A stretch of DNA of 35,843 nt, taken from Fidelibacterota bacterium. Its GTDB lineage: Bacteria; Fidelibacterota; Marinisomatia; SCGC-AAA003-L08; GCA-002704045. Where the stretch lies: positions 6,785 to 42,627 of the forward strand of contig PAFF01000079.1 of the NCBI GenBank assembly GCA_002704045.1, given 5' to 3'. Positions 10,540-20,300 of this stretch are shown piece after piece. A program made the position numbers and the translations under genes. The notes below the pieces were generated by a model. That model was not told the origin of the DNA. It ran no database searches and saw only the letters and a list, made by a program, of their open reading frames with translations. How positions within the stretch are numbered: position 1 is the stretch's first letter; every line of letters starts with the position of its first letter.

Positions 10540-10685
10540 GTATCAATTTTTATTGCAATTTAGTTGCATCTAAATTTATAATCTTAATAAATTCAAATAT
10601 CTCTTTTAAAATCAATTTAATTTTAAAAGTTGCTTAAACGAACGTCTTAAAGGTTAAAATAGTAGTAAATAGAGAGAAAAATCAA

Positions 10686-11540
10686 TTGAAAAACATTAAA
10701 TTAATATTAGCTAGCTTTTGTCTAGTTTTAGTAGGTTGTTCTGATGATGATGATGACAGCGTTGTGTCTCCATCGACAGCTGACGTATGTGCTGACTTTA
10801 CAGTTGAAGCAGATTGTGCAGCGTCAACAGATTGTGAATGGCACGCTGATGACAGTATGTGTGAAGATGTTGCAGATCACGATGATCACGCACATTGTGA
10901 AGACTACTTAACAGAATCAGATTGCGGCATGCATTCAGAGTGTGAGTGGCACGCTGATGACAATGCTTGTGAAGATGCAGATGATCACGCGGATTGTGAA
11001 GATGCAGATGATCACGCTGACGTTGATGGTTTTGTACTTGAACGCGATGGTGTTGAAATTTATAGACAATTTCAAGGCGCTGTAACAGGTGATGTTACAA
11101 TAGATGTTGGTGAAATGGTAGATATAGCTGTACATTTTCTTGATGAGAACGAAACTGTAATCGAAGGAGGCTATACCTCAGAATGTTACGGTTTAGAATT
11201 CGAGATTGCAGATCCAAGTATAATTTCTATTGAATTAGAGGATCACGATCACGAAGAAGCTCATTGCGATGACTTAACAAATCAAGCAGATTGCGATGCT
11301 TCAGATGAATGCGAATGGCACGCAGATGACAGTATGTGTGAAGAAGTTGGTCATGAAGATGGTGAACACGATGATGAGGATCATTATGAATTTGAATTAA
11401 CAGGTTTAGTAGAAAATTATACAACTTTTCAAATGTCAATTATGCATGCAGGACACGCAGATTATACATCAATGGATGTGCTTGTAACAGTTATTCCGTC
11501 GCCGGCAAACTTTGTATCAGAGAACCCATTAGATAATTAA
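10686..11540 (+). CDS. acidic His/Asp/Cys-rich lipoprotein, paralog 2 (candidate metal-binding protein)
   Basis: This is a 284-aa ORF with a TTG start. Its signal peptide (MKNIKLILASFCLVLVGCSDDDD) is almost identical to that of paralog 1. A ~25-aa Cys motif ending in CEWHADD[SN]xCE[DE] occurs three times. There are several His/Asp runs: DHDDHAHCED, DADDHADCEDADDHAD, EDHDHEEAHCDD and GHEDGEHDDEDH. Confidence 0.75.
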   Translation: MKNIKLILASFCLVLVGCSDDDDDSVVSPSTADVCADFTVEADCAASTDCEWHADDSMCEDVADHDDHAHCEDYLTESDCGMHSECEWHADDNACEDADDHADCEDADDHADVDGFVLERDGVEIYRQFQGAVTGDVTIDVGEMVDIAVHFLDENETVIEGGYTSECYGLEFEIADPSIISIELEDHDHEEAHCDDLTNQADCDASDECEWHADDSMCEEVGHEDGEHDDEDHYEFELTGLVENYTTFQMSIMHAGHADYTSMDVLVTVIPSPANFVSENPLDN

Positions 11541-11561
11541 CTAAAGTTAATACTTAGTGAT

Positions 11562-11591
11562 AAAAAAGCCCCGAGTTTTGGGGCTTTTTTT
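11562..11591 (+). terminator. rho-independent terminator
   Basis: The hairpin GCCCC/GGGGC has loop GAGTTTT and lies between an A-run and a T-run. Confidence 0.7.
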
Positions 11592-11648
11592 ATTATTCAA
11601 AAATAGTATATTAAGATGTTCAATTAATTAACAATGAGTAGATAACAA

Positions 11649-13163
11649 TTGAAAAATTTAAAATTAATATTACTTTGTATGTTGTTTGTTATTGGTTGTG
11701 ATGATACTGATGCATTGGACAACATAATTGACGGTACAGATGGAATTGATGTTATTCAATTATCTGAAGATGGTATGCTTGAGGGTTCGTTCCAATTCAG
11801 TGGGATAATAATTTATGAAAACACAGAATGCTCAGGAACAGCTATAACCTCTGTTTGTAATGAAGGTGATGGAGATTTTGGTGAAATTTCAGAAGCTCAA
11901 TGTGATTCTTTGGGAGGGTCTATGATCCCATTAATTGATTTATTTACAAATGGAGATCCTACCTGCGCACCTTATATCATTTTTGCTAGTGATGGTTCAT
12001 TTATAAATCCTGACTGTGAAACTTTTACTTATACAATAGATTCAACCTACACTGTACAAATTGATGAATCAGAATGTGAAGATCAAGACGGTAATGATAT
12101 TGAAAATATCACTACTCAAGCTGCTTGTGATTCTGTTGGAGGAAATTGGGAACTTGATATATTAGACGGATTTTTAAATACAGTAGATGGTTCTGTGACA
12201 ATCAATGGTACTGATGAGGGTGGATGTGATAATGACGAGTATGTTAATGAAAACGATTGTTATGATGCTGGTTATGACTGGGAAGATCCTGAGTGTTATC
12301 AATATACATTAACATATGCCCCAGATCATGATGGCACATGTACAGGTGAAGATCTATGTGATGATGGAAGTGATGGATGTGAATCTGATGACGATTGTGA
12401 AGATGGTGAGGAATGTTTAGATGGTGAATGTAATTTTTTCGAATGTCAAAGTTCGGACTTGGATTGCGGAACTAATCAGGAATGTGTAGATGGTGTATGT
12501 ATTGATCTTATTGAATGTGATTCCGATGAAGATTGCGAAGTTTATCAGCAATGTGATGGTGTATGTGTTGATTCTTACATATGTACAAACAATGCACAAT
12601 TATATTCTGATTACATAATTGGCTTACTTGCTGGAACAGCTACAGCATTAGATTGTCAAATAGCTATGAGTGGTTTATTGGAATGGTGTGAAGCTGGCTG
12701 TGAATATGCTGATGGTTATACAGATGAAGATCAAATTTGTACGGAAGAATTTTTAGGCTCTTCAGCTGAAGATATATCCCTAGAATGCGCAGTTTTGCAT
12801 CCTGATAATAGTGGATTTTTCTTAACTGGAACATTTACTGCCACTTCTTTTACGATGTATTCTACAGAAGATTGCTCAGGAGATGGAATGACAGGTATGT
12901 GCATGGATGGTGTATCAACAAATGAATCAGCTTGTACGGAGGCGGGTCAGACTTGGATGTCCTATTTAGACGTGATTGGAGACTTAAGTGTAACAACTCA
13001 ATCTGGAGATGCAGCATATTGTGCTGATTTTGATGATGAAATAGAATATGATTGGTATACAAATCAAGCAGATTGTGAAGCAAATGGATCAGCAGAAGGT
13101 GCTGCCGATGGTGTTTGGTATGATGCATCTTGTTCAGCAATAATATGGACTGAGTCTAATTAA
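11649..13163 (+). CDS. acidic Cys-rich lipoprotein, paralog 3
   Basis: This is a 504-aa ORF with a TTG start and signal peptide plus lipobox (FVIGC). It has a central run of CxDGxC-type repeats (CEDGEECLDGEC, CGTNQECVDGVC, CEVYQQCDGVC). Small xxxxC-x3-G-x-W motifs recur. The C-terminal domain is homologous to paralog 1. Confidence 0.75.
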   Translation: MKNLKLILLCMLFVIGCDDTDALDNIIDGTDGIDVIQLSEDGMLEGSFQFSGIIIYENTECSGTAITSVCNEGDGDFGEISEAQCDSLGGSMIPLIDLFTNGDPTCAPYIIFASDGSFINPDCETFTYTIDSTYTVQIDESECEDQDGNDIENITTQAACDSVGGNWELDILDGFLNTVDGSVTINGTDEGGCDNDEYVNENDCYDAGYDWEDPECYQYTLTYAPDHDGTCTGEDLCDDGSDGCESDDDCEDGEECLDGECNFFECQSSDLDCGTNQECVDGVCIDLIECDSDEDCEVYQQCDGVCVDSYICTNNAQLYSDYIIGLLAGTATALDCQIAMSGLLEWCEAGCEYADGYTDEDQICTEEFLGSSAEDISLECAVLHPDNSGFFLTGTFTATSFTMYSTEDCSGDGMTGMCMDGVSTNESACTEAGQTWMSYLDVIGDLSVTTQSGDAAYCADFDDEIEYDWYTNQADCEANGSAEGAADGVWYDASCSAIIWTESN

Positions 13164-13188
13164 AACTAATAAAAATTTAACCTAATAG

Positions 13189-13221
13189 AAAAAGCCCCAA
13201 ATTAGTTGGGGCTTTTTTTTT
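13189..13221 (+). terminator. rho-independent terminator
   Basis: The hairpin GCCCCAA/TTGGGGC is followed by a T9-10 run. Confidence 0.7.
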
Positions 13222-13294
13222 GATCAGATTTGCTTATTTTAAAAAGTGTGAATTGGTGTAAGTTTAGATAAGAAATAATTGGAAAATAATAGCT

Positions 13295-14584
13295 ATGAAT
13301 TCAAAAATTAAAAATATAAATACATTTACCAGGGAAGTTTCTGTTAATGTTCCTTGGGACAATTTAAAAGATGATTTTAAAAAATGTTTTTTTGATTTTA
13401 AAAAAGGTTACAGTATGCCAGGTTTTAGAAAAGGTAAAGTTCCTGATTCAATAGTAAAAAAAAATTATGGTCCTGCAATTGAAGCTGATTTTACAGAAAA
13501 ATCAATTAATAAATTTTATCAAATTTCTCTACAAGAATTAAAGCTAATTCCAATTAATAAAGCAGAAATAAAAAATTTAGAGTTTAAAGAAGGTGACAAT
13601 TTAAAATTTAAAGCAGTTTTTGAAGTCACACCCGACTTTAAAATACCGGACTACAAAAAAAAATACAAAATAAATGCCGTTAGAGTAAACCAAACAGAAA
13701 ATGATTTGAATGAAGCATTGATTTCTGTTCAAAAACAACACGGAAATGTAAAATCTGTTGATGATGGCGCAAAAATTGGCCATTATATTCAAGGAGATTT
13801 TCAAGAATTAGACGAATCAGATTTACCAATCATTGGAAAAAAATATGATAAACAATATATATGTTACGGGGAAGGTGTTTTTAGTGGACCAGGAGTATTG
13901 CAACTCGAAGGTGTAAAAGCAAATGAGTCTGTAAAAGTCAATATTGATTATGGAGATAATAAAAAAGTTAGATATGAAATTAAAGTAAATAGAGTTGATG
14001 AACAAGTATTGCCAGAATTAGACGATAAGTTGGCATCTTTAGCTAACCCAGAAACCAAAACATTAGATGAACTTAAAAATAAACTCAAAGATTCAATTCA
14101 AGAATCTTTAGACAGAGAATATAATAATCAGATTGATCAAAATATATCTAGATATTTAGTTGATAAAACTAAAATTGAAATTCCAATTTCAATGAGAAAA
14201 AATTATTTAGATAATGTAATTGAAGATTTAAAACAAAAAAATAAAGAAAATAAACCAATTATTAGGGAAGAAATTGAAAAAGCTTATAAAGATATAGCTG
14301 ATTGGAATATATCTTGGTATCTCATTAAAGAAAAATTAATAAAAGAAAATGAAATACAAGTTTCAAATGAAGATATTGAAAAAAAAATTAATCAAGCAGC
14401 CTCAAATAGTAAGTTAGATGTCAAACAGGTAAATGAATTTTATTCAAAACCAGAAAATAGAAACAAAATTGAAGATGATCTTTATAATGAAAAACTTTTT
14501 AAACATTTGAAAGAATTTGCTAATATTAAAGAAACAATTAAAACTACAGATCAAATCAAAAAAGAAAGAGAAAAAAATGGATAA
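13295..14584 (+). CDS. tig: trigger factor
   Basis: This is a 429-aa ORF. The N-terminal ribosome-binding signature GFRKGKVP is present. The overall length and the position directly upstream of clpP match the conserved tig-clpP synteny. Confidence 0.88.
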   Translation: MNSKIKNINTFTREVSVNVPWDNLKDDFKKCFFDFKKGYSMPGFRKGKVPDSIVKKNYGPAIEADFTEKSINKFYQISLQELKLIPINKAEIKNLEFKEGDNLKFKAVFEVTPDFKIPDYKKKYKINAVRVNQTENDLNEALISVQKQHGNVKSVDDGAKIGHYIQGDFQELDESDLPIIGKKYDKQYICYGEGVFSGPGVLQLEGVKANESVKVNIDYGDNKKVRYEIKVNRVDEQVLPELDDKLASLANPETKTLDELKNKLKDSIQESLDREYNNQIDQNISRYLVDKTKIEIPISMRKNYLDNVIEDLKQKNKENKPIIREEIEKAYKDIADWNISWYLIKEKLIKENEIQVSNEDIEKKINQAASNSKLDVKQVNEFYSKPENRNKIEDDLYNEKLFKHLKEFANIKETIKTTDQIKKEREKNG

Positions 14585-15182
14585 TCCAAAAAATTACATG
14601 GTTCCGGTAGTTATTGAGCAAACTGGAGCGGGTGAGAGAGCATTTGATATATATTCCAGACTTTTGAAAGAAAGAATTATTTTTCTTGGTACTCCAATTG
14701 ATGATACTGTTTCAAGTTTGATCATTGCACAGTTACTTTTCTTAGAGGCAGAAAATGCAAAAAAAGACATTTTCATGTATATAAATAGTCCAGGAGGGGT
14801 AATTACATCAGGTTTTGGTATTTTAGATACGATGAATTACATAAAGCCTGATGTTGCAACTATATGTATGGGTCAAGCTGCAAGTATGGCTGCTGTTTTG
14901 TTAAGTGCGGGAGCTAAAGGTAAAAGATCAGCTTTAGAAAATTCACGAGTTATGATTCATCAACCTTTAGGAGGGGTCCAGGGTCAAGCAACAGATATCG
15001 AAATTCATACAAAAGAAATTTTATTTTTAAGATCTAAATTAAATAAAATTTTAGCTAATAATACCGGTAATTCTGTTGAAACTATTGAAAATGACACTAA
15101 TAGAGATTTTTTTATGGATACTAAGGCTGCACTTAAATATGGAATTATTGATGAAGTAGTTCAATCACAGAAAAACCAATGA
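14577..15182 (+). CDS. clpP: ATP-dependent Clp protease proteolytic subunit
   Basis: The sequence [31 protein letters not shown] is the classic ClpP N-terminus. The catalytic Ser lies in GQAASMAA and the catalytic His in MIHQP. The start was moved from the track's 14517 to the ATG at 14577, which overlaps the tig stop by 8 nt. The 20 extra Lys-rich residues in the track are the tig 3' end read in another frame. Confidence 0.92.
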   Translation: MDNPKNYMVPVVIEQTGAGERAFDIYSRLLKERIIFLGTPIDDTVSSLIIAQLLFLEAENAKKDIFMYINSPGGVITSGFGILDTMNYIKPDVATICMGQAASMAAVLLSAGAKGKRSALENSRVMIHQPLGGVQGQATDIEIHTKEILFLRSKLNKILANNTGNSVETIENDTNRDFFMDTKAALKYGIIDEVVQSQKNQ

Positions 15183-15206
15183 GAACAATAAGAATAATTT
15201 AGTATA

Positions 15207-15235
15207 AAACGGGACAATTTAAGGTCCCGTTTTTA
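15207..15235 (+). terminator. rho-independent terminator after clpP
   Basis: The hairpin AAACGGGAC/GTCCCGTTT is followed by Ts. Confidence 0.7.
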
Positions 15236-15242
15236 ATATAAT

Positions 15243-17219
15243 ATGAAAAAACTATTTTTAATATTCTTTACTCCAATATTATTATTTTGTCAAAATCTTA
15301 TTGTCATTGGAGATTCAAATTATAATGATTTAGATTATATTTCTTCTAGCTTGAATATTAATAATATGCAGCATCGTATATGGGATGACTATAGTAGCCA
15401 AGTTTTAGTTGATAGTATAATGCAATTAAATGATTCAATAGTATTATTTCAAATTGAATCATATTTAGATAGTACTATTGTAAATACTTTAGAAAACAAG
15501 GTAAACGATAACAATATTTTCTTAGTATTCTCTAACAAAATTGAAAATGATGATAATATGAATGATTTTTTTGGATTTATAAAAGTTAGAGATGGTTTAT
15601 CTGAATCAATCATGAATCTTGAAGATAATAGAGTTTGGAATTTTAATGAAAGTGAAACGATCTCTGAACTTAGTTGGATTGGAACAGCAGAACCTATATC
15701 GGTATTTTCTGAAACAAGTTCGTTTTCAATGATACAAAAAAAATATTCAATGGGATTAGTTTCAATAGCAGGTTTCAATTTATATAGCATTCAAGAATTG
15801 TCTAGTTACCTACAAGTTTTAATTAATACTGTTTCATCAATTTATAATCAAATTATAATTGAAGATGTTTCTGGTTATCCTGGAGACACATTGTATATTC
15901 CTATAAATTCTAACTTTGTTGATGATATTATAGGGTTATCGTTTTCAATTCAATCTGACCCTGAATATTTAGATTTTATTATTATTGAAAATGACTCTTC
16001 TAACAATAATTTTGAATGGGAAATTAGTCAATTACCATTTGGTATAGTTGAAATTAATGGAGCTGCAAACAGTGGTGTTCTTGAAAGTGGTCATAACAAT
16101 GTGGGTTTTTTAAAAGCAGTATTATATCCATCTGCTGCAAATAAAATTTCTTTAAGAGGATTAGAAAGCATCATAACTTATGAGTCAGGAGAATCTTTTC
16201 AAGGTTCATTTATAAATGGTGAAATTGACGTTTTTTACAATAGTCCAATCATTCATTTGAAAGCACCAAATTTGATCGAACCAGATTCATCAGGCACTAT
16301 GGAAATTCATTTGAATACAAATCATAATATTAGTGCAATACAATTATGTCTCAATTATAACTCTGATATACTAGATATTGAAAATATTTTATCAACAGAA
16401 AATATACCTGAAAATTGGTTTTTCTCGTACGTAAATAATAGTTCAAATAACAATGTAGAAATTTTTTGTTTTGGATTTGATCCTATTAGCACAGTGAGTG
16501 GAAAAATATTTGATGTTAAACTTAAATCATTGAATAGTTATGAACAACAAACATCAATATATTTTTGTGATATACTATTAGCTAGTGTCGATAATGAAAA
16601 TATTATTCCAATAAGTATCCCGACAGATATTTTAATTAGCTTTCCTGATCTAAGTATTCTTCCAAAAAAAATAATACAAAACAATAACCTAGATATATTG
16701 TACTATACAAATAATTTTCAAAATATTACCGGTTTTCAATTTGATTTGTTTTTTCAAGGTAATATAAATATAATTGAAACTTTTAATGGGAATATTGCAA
16801 AAAATTATTTTGGTAATTGGATTGCATTGAACGATACATCAGCAAGATTTATATACTTTGACAATAATCAACCTATTGATTCTAAAGTAATAGGTTATTT
16901 ATTAAATACCTCATTTCAAACTTATGAAAATACAGTTCAAAATGAATTTTACTTTGATGTAGAAAATATTATACTGACAAATCAAAATTATGAACCTCTA
17001 AAAGTAATATTTAATGATTTTATAATTGAAAACAATTCAACGATTATTGGTGATGTTAATGGTGATAATTTTATTGATATTTTAGATGTTTTAATCATTG
17101 TTGATTATATTACATGGAATTTGCAATTTGGTTATGCACAATCAAGTGTATCAGACTTAAATAATGATAATAATATTAATATTGAAGATATTTTGTTAAT
17201 TGTAAGTGATATTTTGTAA
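15243..17219 (+). CDS. secreted protein with three cohesin-like modules and a C-terminal dockerin (adaptor-scaffoldin-like)
   Basis: This is a 658-aa ORF with a signal peptide. Three modules of about 115-130 aa lie at roughly nt 15852-16235, 16248-16643 and 16686-17033. Each has the cohesin-like layout: an [enzyme-facing] start such as IIIEDVSGYPGDTLYIPIN, a strand such as IIGLSFSIQSDPEYLDF, ISAIQLCLNYNSDILDI or ITGFQFDLFFQGNINI, and a later GxxxxV/F strand. The assignment is by eye only. Confidence 0.7.
   Translation: MKKLFLIFFTPILLFCQNLIVIGDSNYNDLDYISSSLNINNMQHRIWDDYSSQVLVDSIMQLNDSIVLFQIESYLDSTIVNTLENKVNDNNIFLVFSNKIENDDNMNDFFGFIKVRDGLSESIMNLEDNRVWNFNESETISELSWIGTAEPISVFSETSSFSMIQKKYSMGLVSIAGFNLYSIQELSSYLQVLINTVSSIYNQIIIEDVSGYPGDTLYIPINSNFVDDIIGLSFSIQSDPEYLDFIIIENDSSNNNFEWEISQLPFGIVEINGAANSGVLESGHNNVGFLKAVLYPSAANKISLRGLESIITYESGESFQGSFINGEIDVFYNSPIIHLKAPNLIEPDSSGTMEIHLNTNHNISAIQLCLNYNSDILDIENILSTENIPENWFFSYVNNSSNNNVEIFCFGFDPISTVSGKIFDVKLKSLNSYEQQTSIYFCDILLASVDNENIIPISIPTDILISFPDLSILPKKIIQNNNLDILYYTNNFQNITGFQFDLFFQGNINIIETFNGNIAKNYFGNWIALNDTSARFIYFDNNQPIDSKVIGYLLNTSFQTYENTVQNEFYFDVENIILTNQNYEPLKVIFNDFIIENNSTIIGDVNGDNFIDILDVLIIVDYITWNLQFGYAQSSVSDLNNDNNINIEDILLIVSDIL
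17049..17216 (+). other. dockerin-type module at the C-terminus of the cohesin-like protein
   Basis: The sequence is GDVNGDNFIDILDVLIIVDYI ... SDLNNDNNINIEDILLIVSDIL, giving two Ca-loop/helix repeats. Confidence 0.75.
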
Positions 17220-17390
17220 AAAAATATCGTTTTAATTAATATTTGATATAGGACACAAATTTATATAGATTAATAATAGATATTTAAAATGATAAATTTA
17301 TTTGTAATCATTAAAGAAGTTGTTAAAAATACTAATAAAAATAGTATTTTTTTTTTTATATTTATTAATACTATTCACATAGGATAAAAA

Positions 17391-20300
17391 ATGCTCAGTT
17401 ATAAAAGTAAAATTATTAAAATGATATTCATTTTGACATTCATATCGAATGTATTTTCACAAGATGTAATATTAAATTTGGATGATGGTAGTCTAAATTA
17501 TACTAGCTCAGTTGAAATAGCTGGGTTTCAATTTGACCATAATGGATGTGTTGAGAATGCATCAGGTGGAGATGCTGCATCAAATGGATTTACGGTTTCA
17601 GCAAGTAGTTCCACAGTTTTAGCGTTTTCATTCTCTGGAGCTGTTATTCCATCTGGTGAAGGTACGCTTATTGAATTAGTAGGAACAATAACTGATACTT
17701 GCTTGAGTAATTTTGTTTTTTCTGGTTCTGGCGGGACATCACTTATTGTAGAATTTGGGAATAATACCCCACCACCTTGTGATGATATTGATAGTGATGA
17801 TATATGTGACGACATAGATGATTGTGTGGGTAACTATGATGAATGCGGTATATGCAATGGAGATGGAATAGCTGAAGCAGAATGTGATTGTGATGGTAAT
17901 GTTGTAGATATATGCGGTGAATGTGGTGGAGATGGTTCAAGTTGTATTGTAGAATTAAACTTTGGTGACTTTGGTGATGGTAGTATGGATATTATAATGT
18001 CAAGTAGTGTTGATGTAGCAGGCTTCCAATTTGATATATCTGGTGTAAATTTAATAGGTTCATCGGGTGGTAGTGCAAATGCTAATGGCTTTACAGTTTC
18101 ATCTAGTTCATCAACAGTATTAGGATTTAGTTTTAGCAGTAGTACAATTCCTGCTGGTGATGGTGTTCTTATAACGTTGAATTATGAAGCAACATCATTA
18201 AATGCTTGTTTTGATAATATAGTAATTTCAGGTTTAGGTGGTGTTTCACTTGAAACTTCTGCTGGAGATTGTATTACAGTTGGTGAACCATCTACAGTAA
18301 GCGTTCTCTATGATAGTATAGAAGATATCGCTGGTTTTCAATTTGGAGTAGAGGAAGGTGTTACTCTTTTGGGAGTCTCAGGCGGTGATGCGGCTGCTAA
18401 TGGATTTACCGTTACTGCTAGCGCATCAACTGTTTTAGGTTTTTCATTTTCGGGTTCAGTTATCCCTTCAGGTAGTGGTGTTTTAGTTGATCTTTTGGTT
18501 GATGATCCTTCAGCTCTTTGTTTAACAAATTTGGTGATTTCAGGTGAAGGTGGCGCATCTCTTGAAGCTTTTGTTGATGGTTGCAATACAATAGTTTATT
18601 CAGGTTGCACTGATGAAGACTCGGATAGTATTTGTGATAGTGAAGATGAGTGTATTGGTGAGTATGACGAATGTGGAGTATGTAATGGTGATGGTATAGC
18701 GGATGGATCTTGTGATTGTAACGATAATATAGAGGATTGTTCTGGTGTATGTGGTGGAGATGCTGTTGAAGATGAATGTGGAGTATGTAATGGTGATGGT
18801 CCAGATGAATACTATGATTGTGATGGAAACTGTTTAAATGATGAAGATGGTGATTTAGTTTGTGATGAATTAGATGATTGTATAGGTGAATATGATGAAT
18901 GTGAAATATGCAATGGTAATGGCTCAAGTTGTGCAGATCCAGATGTTACCTTAAGTTTAGATGGTGGGAATTTAAACTATGTAAGTTCTGTAGATATAGC
19001 AGGTTTTCAGTTTAATCATAATGGATGTGTTGTAAGTGCAACAGGTGGAGATGCCATAGCAAATGGATTTACGGTTTCAGCAAGTGGTTCTACTGTTTTA
19101 GGTTTTTCGTTTTCTGGAAGTGTCATCCCATCAGGTGAAGGTACATTAATTGAATTATCAGGAGACATAGTTGATGATTGCTTAAGTAGTTTTGTATTTT
19201 CTGGTACAAGTGGTACTTCACTTATTGTAGAATTTATAATTGGTATTGATAGTTATTATAATGTTGATTTAGTTGAAACTGGAAACTATCAATTAGTAAT
19301 TTTTCAATCATCCATTTCATTATTTGATTTGGGTGATGAAATTGGTGTTTTTGATGCAAATGGAATTTTAGAATCTTGCGATCCTTCATCTGGATGTATT
19401 GAACCATCGTACGGTGAGATTTTAGTAGGTTCTGGAATATGGGTAGGTTCGCAAATGGAAATTTCTGCAATAATGTCAGAGGATTTTTCAGATTTTGGTG
19501 GTTCCATATTAAATGGTGCGATTGATGGAAATCCATTACTAATTAAGGTATGGAAAGTAGCAGAGCAAACAGAATATATTGCTATTGCTACTTGGTCAGC
19601 AGGTGGTGGAGATTTTGGTGATTTAATTCTTGCAGTATCTGAACTTGAACTTGTTGGAGGTTCAGTTTTAGGATGTACAGATCCAAATGCGTGTAATTAT
19701 AATCCTGATGCTACTGAAGATGATGGAAGTTGTTTAGAGGAAGACTGTTTAGGACAATGCGGTGGAGATGCGGTTGTTGATGAATGTGGAGTATGTGATG
19801 GTGATGGTATAGCAGATGGAGCGTGTGATTGTGATGGTAATATAGAGGATTGTGCTGGAGAATGTGGTGGAGATGCAGTTATTGATGATTGTGGAGAATG
19901 TGGTGGAGATGGTTCAAGTTGTTCAGGTCCAGATGTTTATTTAACTCTTGATGGCGGTGATCTAAATTATACAAGTTCAGTAGATATAGCAGGTTTTCAA
20001 TTTAGTCATAATGGATGTGTTGAAAGTGCTGGTGGAGGAGATGCTGCATCAAATGGATTTACAGTTTCTTCAGGTGGTTCTACTATTTTAGCATTTTCAT
20101 TTTCTGGAAATGTTATTCCAGCAGGAGAGGGCACGCTGATTGAATTAGGAGGTGTTATAACAGATGACTGTTTGTTTGAGTTCATTTTTTCAGGAGAAGG
20201 TGGTATAACATTAGATGTAGAATTTTATTCTCCCCCTTGCGATGATATAGATAGTGATGAAATATGTGATGATGTAGATGATTGTGTTGGTGATTATGAT

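Noticed and set aside
14517-14576. A 20-codon N-terminal extension of clpP in the ORF track ([20 protein letters not shown]).
   Set aside because: It lies inside the 3' end of tig in another frame. The canonical ClpP N-terminus begins at the ATG at 14577.
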